A stretch of 28,932 nucleotides of DNA from Myxococcales bacterium (GTDB lineage: Bacteria; Myxococcota_A; Polyangia; Palsa-1104): assembly GCA_043741435.1 (NCBI GenBank), contig JAYUBF010000316.1, positions 1 through 28,932 on the forward strand. Reading direction: 5' to 3'. The notes under the pieces are model-generated. The model saw nothing but the letters and a program-made list of their open reading frames with translations. It ran no database searches and had not been told where the DNA came from. How positions within the stretch are numbered: position 1 is the stretch's first letter; every line of letters starts with the position of its first letter. Both the position numbers and the translations under genes were made by a program. This document shows, one piece after another, positions 20,428 through 28,932 of this stretch.

Positions 20428-21264
20428 CTACTCGGCGAGCAGCTTTTCGATGATCGGGACTTGATCGGGCGTGCGTGCGCGGCCGATGAGGTAGTCGCGC
20501 AACGCCGGGTCCTTCAGGCGCGCGGTCACGAACTTTACGATGCGGGGCTTGAAGGCTTTGTGCTCCGGGATCTCGTCTTGCCCCTTCTTGAGCAGCCCCG
20601 CAGCGCGCATGTCCTTGAAGATGTTCTGGTCACGCATGAGCCGCCCCACGTCGATCTCGATGTAGTCGGAGAACATCTCACCCTCTAGCCCCAAGCGCTC
20701 GAAGGCGGTATCGATGGTCGAGCGCAGCGTGTCGTTCCCCAGCTCATGGGTCTTGTGCTGGAGGAAGTGATCCATCTTTTGCACTTCGGTCTCGTGCTCG
20801 CGCTTGGGGCTGATGCGGCCCTTTCCCTGCGTGGTGAAGAACGCGTGGGCGAACTCGCGCTTGCTCATGCCAGTGCCGTCGAGCTTCACGTCGAGGGTGA
20901 CTTGCAATGGAACGCCGGTCTTGCGTTGCAGCTTGGCCAGCGACCACACGCCATTGTGCTTGTCGGACTGGATGATCTTGCCGCTCGGGTGGATGTAGAC
21001 CGGCACCCGCTTCTCGAGCGCTTTGTCGCGTACCTGGGAGGCGGCCATCTTGCGCAGAGAGATGCCCTTGCGCTTCGCCTTCTGCTTCCACTCTTTGAGG
21101 TTGAGGTTGGCAGAGGCGAACCCGAGCTTCTCTTGCGAAGCGTAGAGCTCGCCCACGTTCGTGGTCTTCGGGAGGCCGGCGAGCGCGCTGCCGAGACCAA
21201 ACGACGCGAGCAACGCGATGAACGCAAGCAGGCGGGTTACGAACGTAGGGCGGAGCCGGAACAT
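20428..21264 (-). CDS. Secreted Lys-rich hypothetical protein (signal peptide MFRLRPTFVTRLLAFIALLASFGLGSALAG)
   Basis: ATG 21264 with GGGAG upstream; no recognisable domain; lower GC than neighbours. Confidence 0.45.
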   Translation of the reverse strand: MFRLRPTFVTRLLAFIALLASFGLGSALAGLPKTTNVGELYASQEKLGFASANLNLKEWKQKAKRKGISLRKMAASQVRDKALEKRVPVYIHPSGKIIQSDKHNGVWSLAKLQRKTGVPLQVTLDVKLDGTGMSKREFAHAFFTTQGKGRISPKREHETEVQKMDHFLQHKTHELGNDTLRSTIDTAFERLGLEGEMFSDYIEIDVGRLMRDQNIFKDMRAAGLLKKGQDEIPEHKAFKPRIVKFVTARLKDPALRDYLIGRARTPDQVPIIEKLLAE

Positions 21265-21403
21265 GGGCTCCCTCGGTGCAACCACTGGTCCGCTTTGGGG
21301 AACTCCCAGTAATTGCCTAACAATAGGAAATTACTAAGCGCACTGGCGACAACGGTCGAATGCAAGGGAACGATTGTCCCCAGCGCGCTACGCTTGCGAC
21401 GTC

Positions 21404-22582
21404 ATGTTCGTCGACTTTCTCTACGAGCTGCGGCGCGCCGGCGTCCGGGTGGGCGCGCAAGAAGCGCTCGCGATGGCCGAGGCCCTGGGCCGCGACCTCC
21501 ATGGCTCGAGCCTGGACGGATTTTACGACGTGGCGCGCGCGTTGTGCGTGCACCGCACCGAGGATCTCGACGGCTTCGACGCCGCCTTCGCGTCGTACTT
21601 CCAAGGTGTGCAGCTGCAGTCGATCCAGATCGCCGACGAGCTCTTGCAGTGGCTGCGCGACCCGGCGCAGCGCCGCGAGCTCTCCGACGCCGACAAGGCG
21701 ATGCTCGAGAAGCTCGACCTCGAAGAGCTGCGCAAGCGCTTTCTCGAACGGCTGAAGGAACAGAAGGGCCGACACGATGGCGGGAACAAGTGGATCGGGA
21801 CCGGTGGCACCTCACCCTTCGGCCGCGGTGGCTATCACCCCACCGGCATGTCCGTCGGTGACGGTCCGTCGGGTGGCGCAGGGACTGCCATCGCGCGGGC
21901 CGCGTTGCGCGCGCACCGTGGCCTGCGCGGCGATCGAACCATCGACACGAGACAGGTCGCGCTCGCGCTGCGTCGCTTGCGCGCATTCGTGCGTGAGGGC
22001 GCGCGCACCGAGCTCGACGTGGAGGCTACGATCGATGCCACGGCGAAGAACGCAGGCGAGCTCGACGTGATCGTGCGACCCGAGCGACGTCCGGCCGTCC
22101 GCGTGCTGCTGCTGCTCGACGTCGGTGGGTCCATGGAGCCGCACGTGGAGGCGTGCGAGCGCCTCTTCTCGGCGGCGCGCCAAGCGACGCACTGGAAGAG
22201 GCTCGAGATCTTCTACTTCCACAACTGCGTGTACGGGCATGTGTACCCGACCGCGCGACTGCAAAAGGGCGTCCCGCTCGATCAAGTCCTTGCTGCCACC
22301 GATCCCAGTTGGAAGCTCATTTTCGTCGGTGACGCGCTCATGCATCCCACGGAGCTCTTCCAAGGGGGCTCCGCTTGGACCTACGAGGACTGGGGGGATC
22401 AACCCGGGATTGCGTGGCTCCAGCACCTGCAGGCTTCGTATCGGCGCGCGGCGTGGCTCAACCCGGAGCCTGAGGCATATTGGCGTGGGACCGCGAGCAC
22501 CATCGGTCGCCTGTTCCCGATGTTCAGGCTTTCTCTCGACGGGCTGGGCCGCGCAGTCCAGCATCTCACCCGAAGCGCGTGA
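21404..22582 (+). CDS. VWA-domain protein of the CoxE family (usual partner of MoxR/CoxD AAA+ ATPases), apparently orphan
   Basis: MFVDFLYELRRAGVRVG N-terminus and a VWA MIDAS-like region (LLLDVGGSM); no MoxR-like gene adjacent. Confidence 0.65.
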   Translation: MFVDFLYELRRAGVRVGAQEALAMAEALGRDLHGSSLDGFYDVARALCVHRTEDLDGFDAAFASYFQGVQLQSIQIADELLQWLRDPAQRRELSDADKAMLEKLDLEELRKRFLERLKEQKGRHDGGNKWIGTGGTSPFGRGGYHPTGMSVGDGPSGGAGTAIARAALRAHRGLRGDRTIDTRQVALALRRLRAFVREGARTELDVEATIDATAKNAGELDVIVRPERRPAVRVLLLLDVGGSMEPHVEACERLFSAARQATHWKRLEIFYFHNCVYGHVYPTARLQKGVPLDQVLAATDPSWKLIFVGDALMHPTELFQGGSAWTYEDWGDQPGIAWLQHLQASYRRAAWLNPEPEAYWRGTASTIGRLFPMFRLSLDGLGRAVQHLTRSA

Positions 22583-22646
22583 TGCCCGATCACGATCCCT
22601 CTGGCGATCCAGCGCGACCCGTCGCATTCTAAAGGACCTCCCGATC

Positions 22647-23477
22647 ATGAGCGACGCCGAGGACTCCAACAAGCAATGCCCGCTGTGCGGCGAGACCATC
22701 AAGCTGGTCGCGGTTCGCTGCAAGCACTGTCACGCAGATCTGGCTGCGCTGGCTGCACAGGCTGCACAGGCTGCACAGGGCACGCCGGGCGCGCCCGGGT
22801 CCTATGCCAAGCCCGGCACCGTCGCTGACTTCGATCGCGGCGCGCGCTCAGGGCCCATGGCCGACGCCGACTTCGAGCGCTTGTTCCTCGACTTCGCGTA
22901 CGAGACGCACGAGGTCATCACAGCGATCTCCGTCGCGCACGCGTTGAAGGTGCCCATCGCGTTCGCCGACGATCGCCTGGAGTACCTCGCCGCCAGCGAC
23001 GTGATCCTGCGTGACGTCGACGACGAAGGCGGCATCTTCTTCACCCTCCCCGGCCGGCGGCGGCGTCAGATGCAGCCCCTCTCCCACGGCGGCGTGCCGC
23101 AGATGATGCACCACCCGGGCTCGGGCGGGAGCTCGCATGGCAACGCGAACCAGGGGCTCATGGCGCCACCGGGACAAGGGTCGCTCGTCCCACAGCTCCT
23201 CGATCCGATGGACAGCATGCTGATGCCGAACGCGCCGCCGCCCACCGAGGCTGCTGCGGTCACCGGCCTCGTCCTAAACCTGTGCATCCCAGGTGTCGGC
23301 TCCATCGTCGCTGGCAAGCCCGGCCCCGGGATTGCTCAGCTCGCGATGCTCGTCGCTGGTCTACCGCTCTGCTTCGTGCTCGTGGGCTTCCCCATCGTCT
23401 TCGCCTCCTGGTTGTGGGCCCTCATGACCGCCGCCGCCGCGCTCCAAGAAGCGCGTCGCGAGCAGCAGCGCGTCTAG
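22647..23477 (+). CDS. Zinc-ribbon membrane protein: N-terminal CPLCG...CKHCH ribbon, AAQ repeat, Gly/Pro/Met-rich linker, C-terminal hydrophobic hairpin
   Basis: ATG 22647 (track ORF over-extended); contains the (GCTGCACAG)n repeat. Confidence 0.45.
   Translation: MSDAEDSNKQCPLCGETIKLVAVRCKHCHADLAALAAQAAQAAQGTPGAPGSYAKPGTVADFDRGARSGPMADADFERLFLDFAYETHEVITAISVAHALKVPIAFADDRLEYLAASDVILRDVDDEGGIFFTLPGRRRRQMQPLSHGGVPQMMHHPGSGGSSHGNANQGLMAPPGQGSLVPQLLDPMDSMLMPNAPPPTEAAAVTGLVLNLCIPGVGSIVAGKPGPGIAQLAMLVAGLPLCFVLVGFPIVFASWLWALMTAAAALQEARREQQRV
22743..22778 (+). repeat. Tandem 9-nt repeat GCTGCACAG x3 perfect plus one degenerate copy, in-frame (AAQ)n inside the zinc-ribbon membrane protein gene
   Basis: Direct reading. 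Confidence 0.9.
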
Positions 23478-23617
23478 ATCTGACCCGCGTCTGGTTGGTC
23501 CTCACGCGTCACTCTCACCCGGGCACACGTGTCGGTTCGTCATAGCTTCCGGGGCAGCTTCCGGTGCATTTCTCGTTCGCGTCCCGTCGCTGCTGCGCTT
23601 GCGAACGGCTTGTCGCC

Positions 23618-23631
23618 CCCCCCCAAAAAAA
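23618..23631. repeat. Homopolymer tract C7 A7 flanked by GTCGC on both sides, within a 240-nt intergenic region upstream of the small secreted protein gene
   Basis: Direct reading. Confidence 0.9.
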
Positions 23632-23716
23632 GTCGCAGACAGTTGCAAATAGATCACTTTGCGCGGGCTTCTAACGAGAAGACCCGATACAATAAACAAC
23701 TGGGAGGTCTGATTTC

Positions 23717-24154
23717 GTGATGAAGACCAGTGTCCTGACATCGCTCTTCGTAAGGTCCCTCTTCCGTCCCACGATCCTGCTCGGTGGGCTCGCGTTGCTC
23801 TCGGTGCCGCTCGTCGCAGCACACCGGTGCCACGGCGACATACCGCCGCCGGCCGCGGGCATCGTCGCGCTCGAGCTCGACGCGAGCAGCGACCCGGCCT
23901 GCTACTACGAGTCCGCTTTCAACGGCGGTGACGTAGTGCTCGAGCGTGCCGCAGTGGAGGGCAGACCCCTGCACCTCACGCAGCGCTATCAGTGGCTGGA
24001 TGGCTGCACCTGGGAAGCGGAAGAGACCCTCGTCCCCCACGGCGCGCTCTTCTCGTATTCGTACGAGGAGCATGTCGTCTCGTGTGAAGTGGGCGCCGCG
24101 CCGGCCCGGGCATGCGAACGACACGGGGTCGTCAGCATGCGGTCCGTCCGTTAA
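23717..24154 (+). CDS. Small secreted Cys-rich protein (signal peptide, 6 Cys); hypothetical
   Basis: GGGAGG RBS 9-12 nt upstream of GTG 23717 / ATG 23720. Confidence 0.45.
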   Translation: MMKTSVLTSLFVRSLFRPTILLGGLALLSVPLVAAHRCHGDIPPPAAGIVALELDASSDPACYYESAFNGGDVVLERAAVEGRPLHLTQRYQWLDGCTWEAEETLVPHGALFSYSYEEHVVSCEVGAAPARACERHGVVSMRSVR

Positions 24155-24163
24155 CCGCCTTCG

Positions 24164-25273
24164 CTAGCGAGTCGCGAGCTTCTGGCCGACCCAGACGCGC
24201 AGGCCTCCGTTCGAGAGGCTGTGCGCATCTTGCGCTGACATCTTCAGCGCGGGCAGGAGCCTTCGATCTTCGACGACCACGGCAGCTCGCCACCGCGCGA
24301 AAGCACCTCCTAGGGCGCGGCCGAGCTCGTCGTAAAGCGCGCGCAGTGGCTTTCCGCCTCGTGCGCCAATCCGCTTTCCATAGGGCGGATTGGCGACGAG
24401 CAAGCCTCGATCTTGCGAAGGCGTGAGCGCTTTGAGCTCCGCTTCGCGAAACTCGATACGACCTTCCAGCTTCGCGCGCTCGGCGTTGCGCCGCGCGACC
24501 GAGAGCTGCTCGGGATCTGCGTCGGCGGCGACCAGCACGGGTGCGTCGCTACGCTCGCTCGCTCGCGCTTCGTCACACAGAGCCGCCCACGCCTCTTCAT
24601 CGAAGCCGGCGAAGTGCTCGAACGCGAAGCGGCGCGCGATGCCTGGCGCGCGACCGAGCGCTGCGCCTGCGGCCTCGATGACCAGCGTTCCCGAGCCGCA
24701 CATGGGATCGCAGAGCGGCTCGTCGGGACGATGGTTCGCGAGCGCGAGCAGCGCAGCGGCCAGCGTCTCTCGCAGGGGCGCCTCGCCACCCTCGGTGCGC
24801 CAACCCCTTCGGTGGAGAAGCTCGCCGGAGGTGTCGAGGCTCAGCGTGAAGCGGTCATGCACGCCGCGCAACAAGAGCGAAAATGCGGCTTCGTCGTCGC
24901 TGAGGGTGGCGCCGATGGCCTTTTGTGCCGCGAGCGCGACGCGTTCGGCGAGCGCGCCCGTGTGATAGAGCCGGGAGCGTTGTGCCGACGCCCGGATCGC
25001 GATCGCCGCGTTGCGCGGGAGCAGCGAGGCGAACGGCAACGTCGCGAGCCCTCGCTCGAGCTTGCCGAAGTCGCGCGCTTCCACGTCGCCGAGGCGAAGC
25101 AGCACGCGCGTGGGGAGACGCAGCCACAGGTTGCTGCGCGCGATGAGAGATGCGTCACCTTCGACGTCTACGCCGCCATCGGCCAGCGCCACCCTCGCGC
25201 CCGGAAGGAGGCGACTCGCTTCGGCGACCGCGAGCTTCTCCGTTCCTGGCGAGCACACCAGGAACAGGCGCAC
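24164..25273 (-). CDS. THUMP-domain class I SAM-dependent RNA methyltransferase (RlmL/RlmK N-terminal-domain-like, m2G type)
   Basis: CDPMCGSGTLVIEAA and ANPPYGKRIG match the RlmL methyltransferase domain; GTG 25273 with GGAGG 8 nt upstream; the track ORF N-terminal 100 aa are out-of-context junk. Confidence 0.75.
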   Translation of the reverse strand: MRLFLVCSPGTEKLAVAEASRLLPGARVALADGGVDVEGDASLIARSNLWLRLPTRVLLRLGDVEARDFGKLERGLATLPFASLLPRNAAIAIRASAQRSRLYHTGALAERVALAAQKAIGATLSDDEAAFSLLLRGVHDRFTLSLDTSGELLHRRGWRTEGGEAPLRETLAAALLALANHRPDEPLCDPMCGSGTLVIEAAGAALGRAPGIARRFAFEHFAGFDEEAWAALCDEARASERSDAPVLVAADADPEQLSVARRNAERAKLEGRIEFREAELKALTPSQDRGLLVANPPYGKRIGARGGKPLRALYDELGRALGGAFARWRAAVVVEDRRLLPALKMSAQDAHSLSNGGLRVWVGQKLATR

Positions 25274-25277
25274 GCGG

Positions 25278-25544
25278 TCAGCCTCCGTCGGTGGGGTGGG
25301 AGAGGTCAACGACCGGGGGCTTCGCGAGGTCGGGGTGGTCCCCGGCCATGTCCTTGTTCTTGGGCACGAGCACGCTGAGGTCTCGATCGGCTTCGTCGCC
25401 GAGGTCGTAGTGGTTCGGCACCTTGTAGAGGTCCGGCGGGGCGGGCGGCGTGAACTCGTACTTGCACCCGGGGGCCAGCGCCAGCGCCAGCGCCAGCCCC
25501 ACCGCGGAGCCGAGCCAAACGAGGACCGGGCATGCGCGCAACAT
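25278..25544 (-). CDS. Small putative lipoprotein (88 aa; MLRACPVLVWLGSAVGLALALALAPGC)
   Basis: Signal peptide ending in a Cys lipobox-like site; 5 nt upstream of the methyltransferase start. Confidence 0.4.
   Translation of the reverse strand: MLRACPVLVWLGSAVGLALALALAPGCKYEFTPPAPPDLYKVPNHYDLGDEADRDLSVLVPKNKDMAGDHPDLAKPPVVDLSHPTDGG
25474..25497. repeat. Tandem hexamer (GCCAGC)x4 encoding the (LA)n h-region of the lipoprotein signal peptide
   Basis: Direct reading. Confidence 0.9.
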
Positions 25545-25587
25545 GTCCTCATCGTAGCACGCAGCGACGGCATTTCGTGCTACGGGA

Positions 25588-26685
25588 ATGGCGATGGTGA
25601 GGCGCGCGACGCTGGGCTGGGCGCTGGGGCTGGGCACCCTGGCGGCCTCGTTGTTGATGCCGCTCTCGTCGGCGCGTGCGGAGCTCATCGAGGTGCAGCC
25701 GCAAAACACGCAGTGCGACGATCTCGATCTCGATTCGTTCGCCTCGGCGCTCGGTCGTCTCCACGGAATTCTGCAGACGACCAAGCGGCCGGCGATGCGC
25801 ATCGGATCACGCACGGTGAGCGCAGCGGAATATGCGCAGCGAACGGTGTTGCCCTTGCTCGACTCGGCCGGTAGCGGCGATCGAGCTCGCCTGTGCGCCG
25901 CCATCGCCAAGCTCACGTGGTGGCGCGATTCGCAGCTGCCCACCAACAAGCTGTTGTTCAGCGCGTACTACACGCCGAGGGTGCCAGGCAGCCTCAGCCG
26001 CAACGAACGCTTTCGCTTCCCGCTCTACAAGCGCCCGCCCGGCGCGGCCGCGACCCGTTACGACACCGCGCAGATCGTCGCTGGTGCGCTGGCCAACCAA
26101 GGCCTCGAGCTCGTGTGGCTCGAAGATCCGTACGACGCTCTCGCACTGCACGTCGAGGGCTCGGCCGAGGTGCAGCTCCCCAACGGCAACATCTTCGCGG
26201 TCGGCACCAACGGCACCAATGGCAAGCCGTACTCGAACGTGTCGAAGCTGCTCATGGACGACGGCAAGCTCCCGCGCGGCGCGCCCCCCGCGACCACCAA
26301 ACCCGGCAGCCCGCGCGCGCGCGCCTACTTCGCGGCGCATCCGGAAGATCTGGCGAAGTACTGGGGGCGCAATCCGCACTACGTGTTCTGGAAGCAGGTG
26401 GTGTTCGCGGGCGGCGGCAAGCTCGGCGCGCTCACCAATGGGCGATCGCTGGCGGTGGACCCCACCGTCTATCCGCTCGGCACGCTCGTGTTGATGCGGC
26501 CCCAGCGCGCGTTTCCAGGAGGCGATGGAACGGCCGCGCGACTCGCCATTTCCATGGACACCGGTGCTGCGATCAAGGGGGCGGGACGAATCGATGTATA
26601 TTTCGGCGACGATGCCAGCACCAGCGCGCAGGCCGTCGCGCAGGGGTCGGTCGAAGGTGAGGCGTACGTGTTGCTCGCGCGTTGA
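25588..26685 (+). CDS. mltA: Membrane-bound lytic murein transglycosylase A
   Basis: Signal peptide; MltA domain and C-terminal 3D domain (SLAVDPTVYPLGTLVLM ... GAAIKGAGRIDVYFG). Confidence 0.8.
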   Translation: MAMVRRATLGWALGLGTLAASLLMPLSSARAELIEVQPQNTQCDDLDLDSFASALGRLHGILQTTKRPAMRIGSRTVSAAEYAQRTVLPLLDSAGSGDRARLCAAIAKLTWWRDSQLPTNKLLFSAYYTPRVPGSLSRNERFRFPLYKRPPGAAATRYDTAQIVAGALANQGLELVWLEDPYDALALHVEGSAEVQLPNGNIFAVGTNGTNGKPYSNVSKLLMDDGKLPRGAPPATTKPGSPRARAYFAAHPEDLAKYWGRNPHYVFWKQVVFAGGGKLGALTNGRSLAVDPTVYPLGTLVLMRPQRAFPGGDGTAARLAISMDTGAAIKGAGRIDVYFGDDASTSAQAVAQGSVEGEAYVLLAR

Positions 26686-26704
26686 GTTTTTCACGGAGGC
26701 TCCC

Positions 26705-27427
26705 ATGGCAACTTCACCGCGCGCCATTCTCCTGCTCGAGGAAATCAGCAAGGTCTACACCATGGGCGAGGTGGAGGTCCGCGCGTTGAAGGGCATCTCC
26801 TTGCGCGTTGATGCCGGCGAGCTGGTCGCCATCATGGGCGCCTCGGGCTCGGGAAAGTCCACGTTGCTGAACCTCATCGGCACGCTCGATCGGCCGACCA
26901 GCGGTCGCTACTTCCTCGACGGCGAAGCAGTGGAGACGCTCGATGAGGAAGAGCTCTCGTCGCTGCGCAATCGCAAGATCGGCTTCGTATTCCAGTCCTT
27001 CAACCTGCTCCCGCGCGACACCGCGCTCGAGAACGTCGAGCTGCCGATGGTGTACGCAGGCCTGCGCCCTGCCGAGCGAACGCAGCGTGCGCTCCAGGCC
27101 CTCCAGCGCGTCGGGCTCGCCGACCGTGTCGAGCACCTCCCCAATCAGCTCTCGGGCGGGCAGCAACAACGCGTGTCCATCGCTCGCGCACTCGTGAACG
27201 AGCCGGTGTTGCTGCTCGCCGACGAGCCGACGGGCGCGCTCGATTCCGTGACCACGAAGCAGGTCATGGAGCTGTTCGTGGACCTGCATCGCCAGGGGAT
27301 GACGGTCGTGATCGTGACGCACGATCCTGGCATCGCGCGGTACTGCGAGCGCGTGGTCACGTTTCAAGACGGGATCATCGTGTCCGACGCGCGTGGTGGA
27401 GCGGAGAAGATCGAGGCCCACGCGTGA
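26705..27427 (+). CDS. ABC transporter ATP-binding protein (MacB/LolD/FtsE-type ATPase, no fused permease)
   Basis: Walker A GASGSGKST, signature LSGGQQQRV, Walker B LLLADEPTGALD; GGAGG RBS; the track ORF is over-extended. Confidence 0.85.
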   Translation: MATSPRAILLLEEISKVYTMGEVEVRALKGISLRVDAGELVAIMGASGSGKSTLLNLIGTLDRPTSGRYFLDGEAVETLDEEELSSLRNRKIGFVFQSFNLLPRDTALENVELPMVYAGLRPAERTQRALQALQRVGLADRVEHLPNQLSGGQQQRVSIARALVNEPVLLLADEPTGALDSVTTKQVMELFVDLHRQGMTVVIVTHDPGIARYCERVVTFQDGIIVSDARGGAEKIEAHA

Positions 27428-28842
27428 GGGCACTCCTCGTCGGTACGGTGGTGTTGATCTCCACCATCACGGCGCGCGCAGAGACGCGCGAGATCTCGCT
27501 GGAAGATGCCATCGAGCTCGCGATTCGCGTGGACCCGCTCCTGGAAGCGGCGAACGTGGATCGCGAGCGCACGAAGGTGGCCACGCTGCGCACGCAGCTC
27601 GATCGCATCACGCTCACGCTCGACGGCAACCTGCGAGAGCTGTGGAACAAGGTGAACATCGGGGGTCCGACCCTCGGGTATTGCACGCTCGGCACCAGTG
27701 TGGGCGCGGCCAGCCCGTCGGCCTGCACGATGGCGGGTGGCACGTTCACGGCGTTCCCGGACCAATCTCCGTCCGCAGCGCAGGGCTTGTTCAACCTGTC
27801 GGCCCAGCTGAACGTGCCGCTCTTCGCCGGCTTCCGCATCGATGCCACCGTGAAGCGCGCGCAGCGCACGGAGGAAGCCGCCATCGTGCAGGTCCGCCGG
27901 CAACGCAAGGACACCGCGCTCGCCGCGGCGCGTGCGTTCTGGTCGGTGCGACGTGCCGAGCTTTTGCGCGACGTGAACCGCGCTGCGCTCCTGCGCATGG
28001 AGGACGCGGAGAAGATCGCGGGAGGCCGCGTGAAGGCCGGCCTCGCTCCGCAGATCGATCGCAATCGTGCGGCGAACCGTCGCTTGCAGCAATCGGCCAC
28101 CGTTGCCGAATACGAGGGGGAGATCCAGGAAGCCGTCGCGCAGCTGGGCGTGAGCTTGGGCCTGACCGGCGACGTGCAGCTGCGCGCCGCGTTCACGTTT
28201 CCGGAGACGGCGCCACCCAATCCGGAGGCGCTCGTCGCGGCCGCGCGAAATGATCGCAGCGAGATCGCCATCGCCAAGCTGCAGCGGGAGGCGCAGCGGC
28301 AATCCATCCGCATCGCGCGCTCGGGCTACTATCCACAGCTCGGCATGTTCGGCCTCTTCCAGTATGGCAACAACCAGCTCTCCGTCGGCACCGGTGCGCG
28401 CGGTGTGTCGGCGGCCGCGAACCCGTTTGCCGATCTCTCGGGTAGCCTCACCCTCGGGGCGAGCCTCAACATGAACTTCTTCAACATGCTCAACACGTAC
28501 ACCGCGTCGAAGGATGCCGAGTACGAAGCCGCGCGCCTCGTCTCCGAGCAGCGCCGGATCGAGCGCGCCGTCGACGCGGACGTGCTGTCGACGCGGGCCA
28601 AGGTGATGCGCCTCTACACGAAGCGGGCGCCGCTGCGCGAGTCCGTCGACGTCGCGCGCGACAACGCGAAGATCCTCGAGGCACGTTACAAGGGTGGCGA
28701 CGCGTTGGTGATCGAGCTGCTCGATGCGCAAAACGAGCTCGGTACGGCAGAGGCTTCGCTGGTGGACGTCGAAGCGCAGCTGGAGTTGGCTTGGCTCGAG
28801 CTGCGCGCTGCGCTCGGCGAGACGTTGGGTAAGCGAGAGTGA
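27424..28842 (+). CDS. TolC-family outer-membrane efflux protein
   Basis: Signal peptide, two-repeat OMF architecture; start overlaps ATPase stop (ATGA). Confidence 0.8.
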   Translation: MRALLVGTVVLISTITARAETREISLEDAIELAIRVDPLLEAANVDRERTKVATLRTQLDRITLTLDGNLRELWNKVNIGGPTLGYCTLGTSVGAASPSACTMAGGTFTAFPDQSPSAAQGLFNLSAQLNVPLFAGFRIDATVKRAQRTEEAAIVQVRRQRKDTALAAARAFWSVRRAELLRDVNRAALLRMEDAEKIAGGRVKAGLAPQIDRNRAANRRLQQSATVAEYEGEIQEAVAQLGVSLGLTGDVQLRAAFTFPETAPPNPEALVAAARNDRSEIAIAKLQREAQRQSIRIARSGYYPQLGMFGLFQYGNNQLSVGTGARGVSAAANPFADLSGSLTLGASLNMNFFNMLNTYTASKDAEYEAARLVSEQRRIERAVDADVLSTRAKVMRLYTKRAPLRESVDVARDNAKILEARYKGGDALVIELLDAQNELGTAEASLVDVEAQLELAWLELRAALGETLGKRE

Positions 28843-28932
28843 TGGCAAAGGCGTCGAAGCGTAGGTGGTGGCCTTGGATCGTCGGTGCGCTGCTCGTCGC
28901 CGGCGTGGTGTTCGCCGTGCAAAGGGCGCCAG
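28842..28932 (+). CDS. Membrane-fusion (HlyD-family periplasmic adaptor) protein, 5' partial (N-terminal TM anchor MAKASKRRWWPWIVGALLVAGVVFAV)
   Basis: ATG overlaps OMF stop (TGATG); runs off the window end. Confidence 0.4.
   Translation, partial: MAKASKRRWWPWIVGALLVAGVVFAVQRAP

Noticed and set aside
24164-25573. Track ORF N-terminal extension of the methyltransferase (first ~100 aa, GWRWRWRW etc.)
   Set aside because: The extension reads the lipoprotein gene and its hexamer repeat out of frame. Methyltransferase homology begins at VRLFLVCSPG, where a GTG with a GGAGG RBS is present

Overview
High-GC (~68-70%) bacterial chromosomal window, gene content and style consistent with a myxobacterium-like delta-proteobacterium. 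It opens with gyrB (685..3192) and is densely coding on both strands. I see no rRNA, tRNA, CRISPR array, transposase or integrase. Translational starts below were re-derived by hand from the six-frame track. The track uses GTG/TTG as 'M' and over-extends several N-termini, so starts are approximate while frames and stops are solid. The assignments rest on these motifs and hand translations: GyrB N-terminus; PIN acidic residues; DUF497/BrnT and BrnA; SPFH/flotillin; sigma-54 AAA+ motifs; Nudix box; dynamin G1-G4; RNase HII GIDEAGRGP; SthA; VWA; THUMP/NPPY; MltA/3D; ABC Walker motifs.

The gene content, in order:
- gyrB, then two back-to-back type II toxin-antitoxin modules (vapBC, brnTA) with lower-GC, AT-rich palindromic control regions.
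- A minus-strand membrane-associated cluster: a YdjG-like double-zinc-ribbon membrane protein, then a NUDIX hydrolase, then a sigma-54-activator-like AAA+ protein lacking GAFTGA and HTH, then a flotillin. It sits divergent from a Band_7_1 (YdjI-like) SPFH gene.
- A truncated DUF885 remnant.
- The most striking feature: a tightly translationally coupled minus-strand operon. It encodes an M48-like peptidase with a QExxH motif in place of HExxH, then a membrane-paddle dynamin-like GTPase, then a TPR-fused dynamin-like GTPase, then RNase HII.
- Then a DUF2505-like protein, sthA transhydrogenase, a secreted hypothetical, an orphan CoxE-type VWA protein plus a zinc-ribbon membrane protein, a small secreted Cys-rich protein, and an RlmL-like THUMP methyltransferase with a small lipoprotein.
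- Finally mltA and the start of an efflux operon in the order ABC-ATPase, TolC-like OMF, membrane-fusion protein.

Smaller features: in-frame tandem repeats, a C7A7 homopolymer tract, and several hairpins and palindromes.
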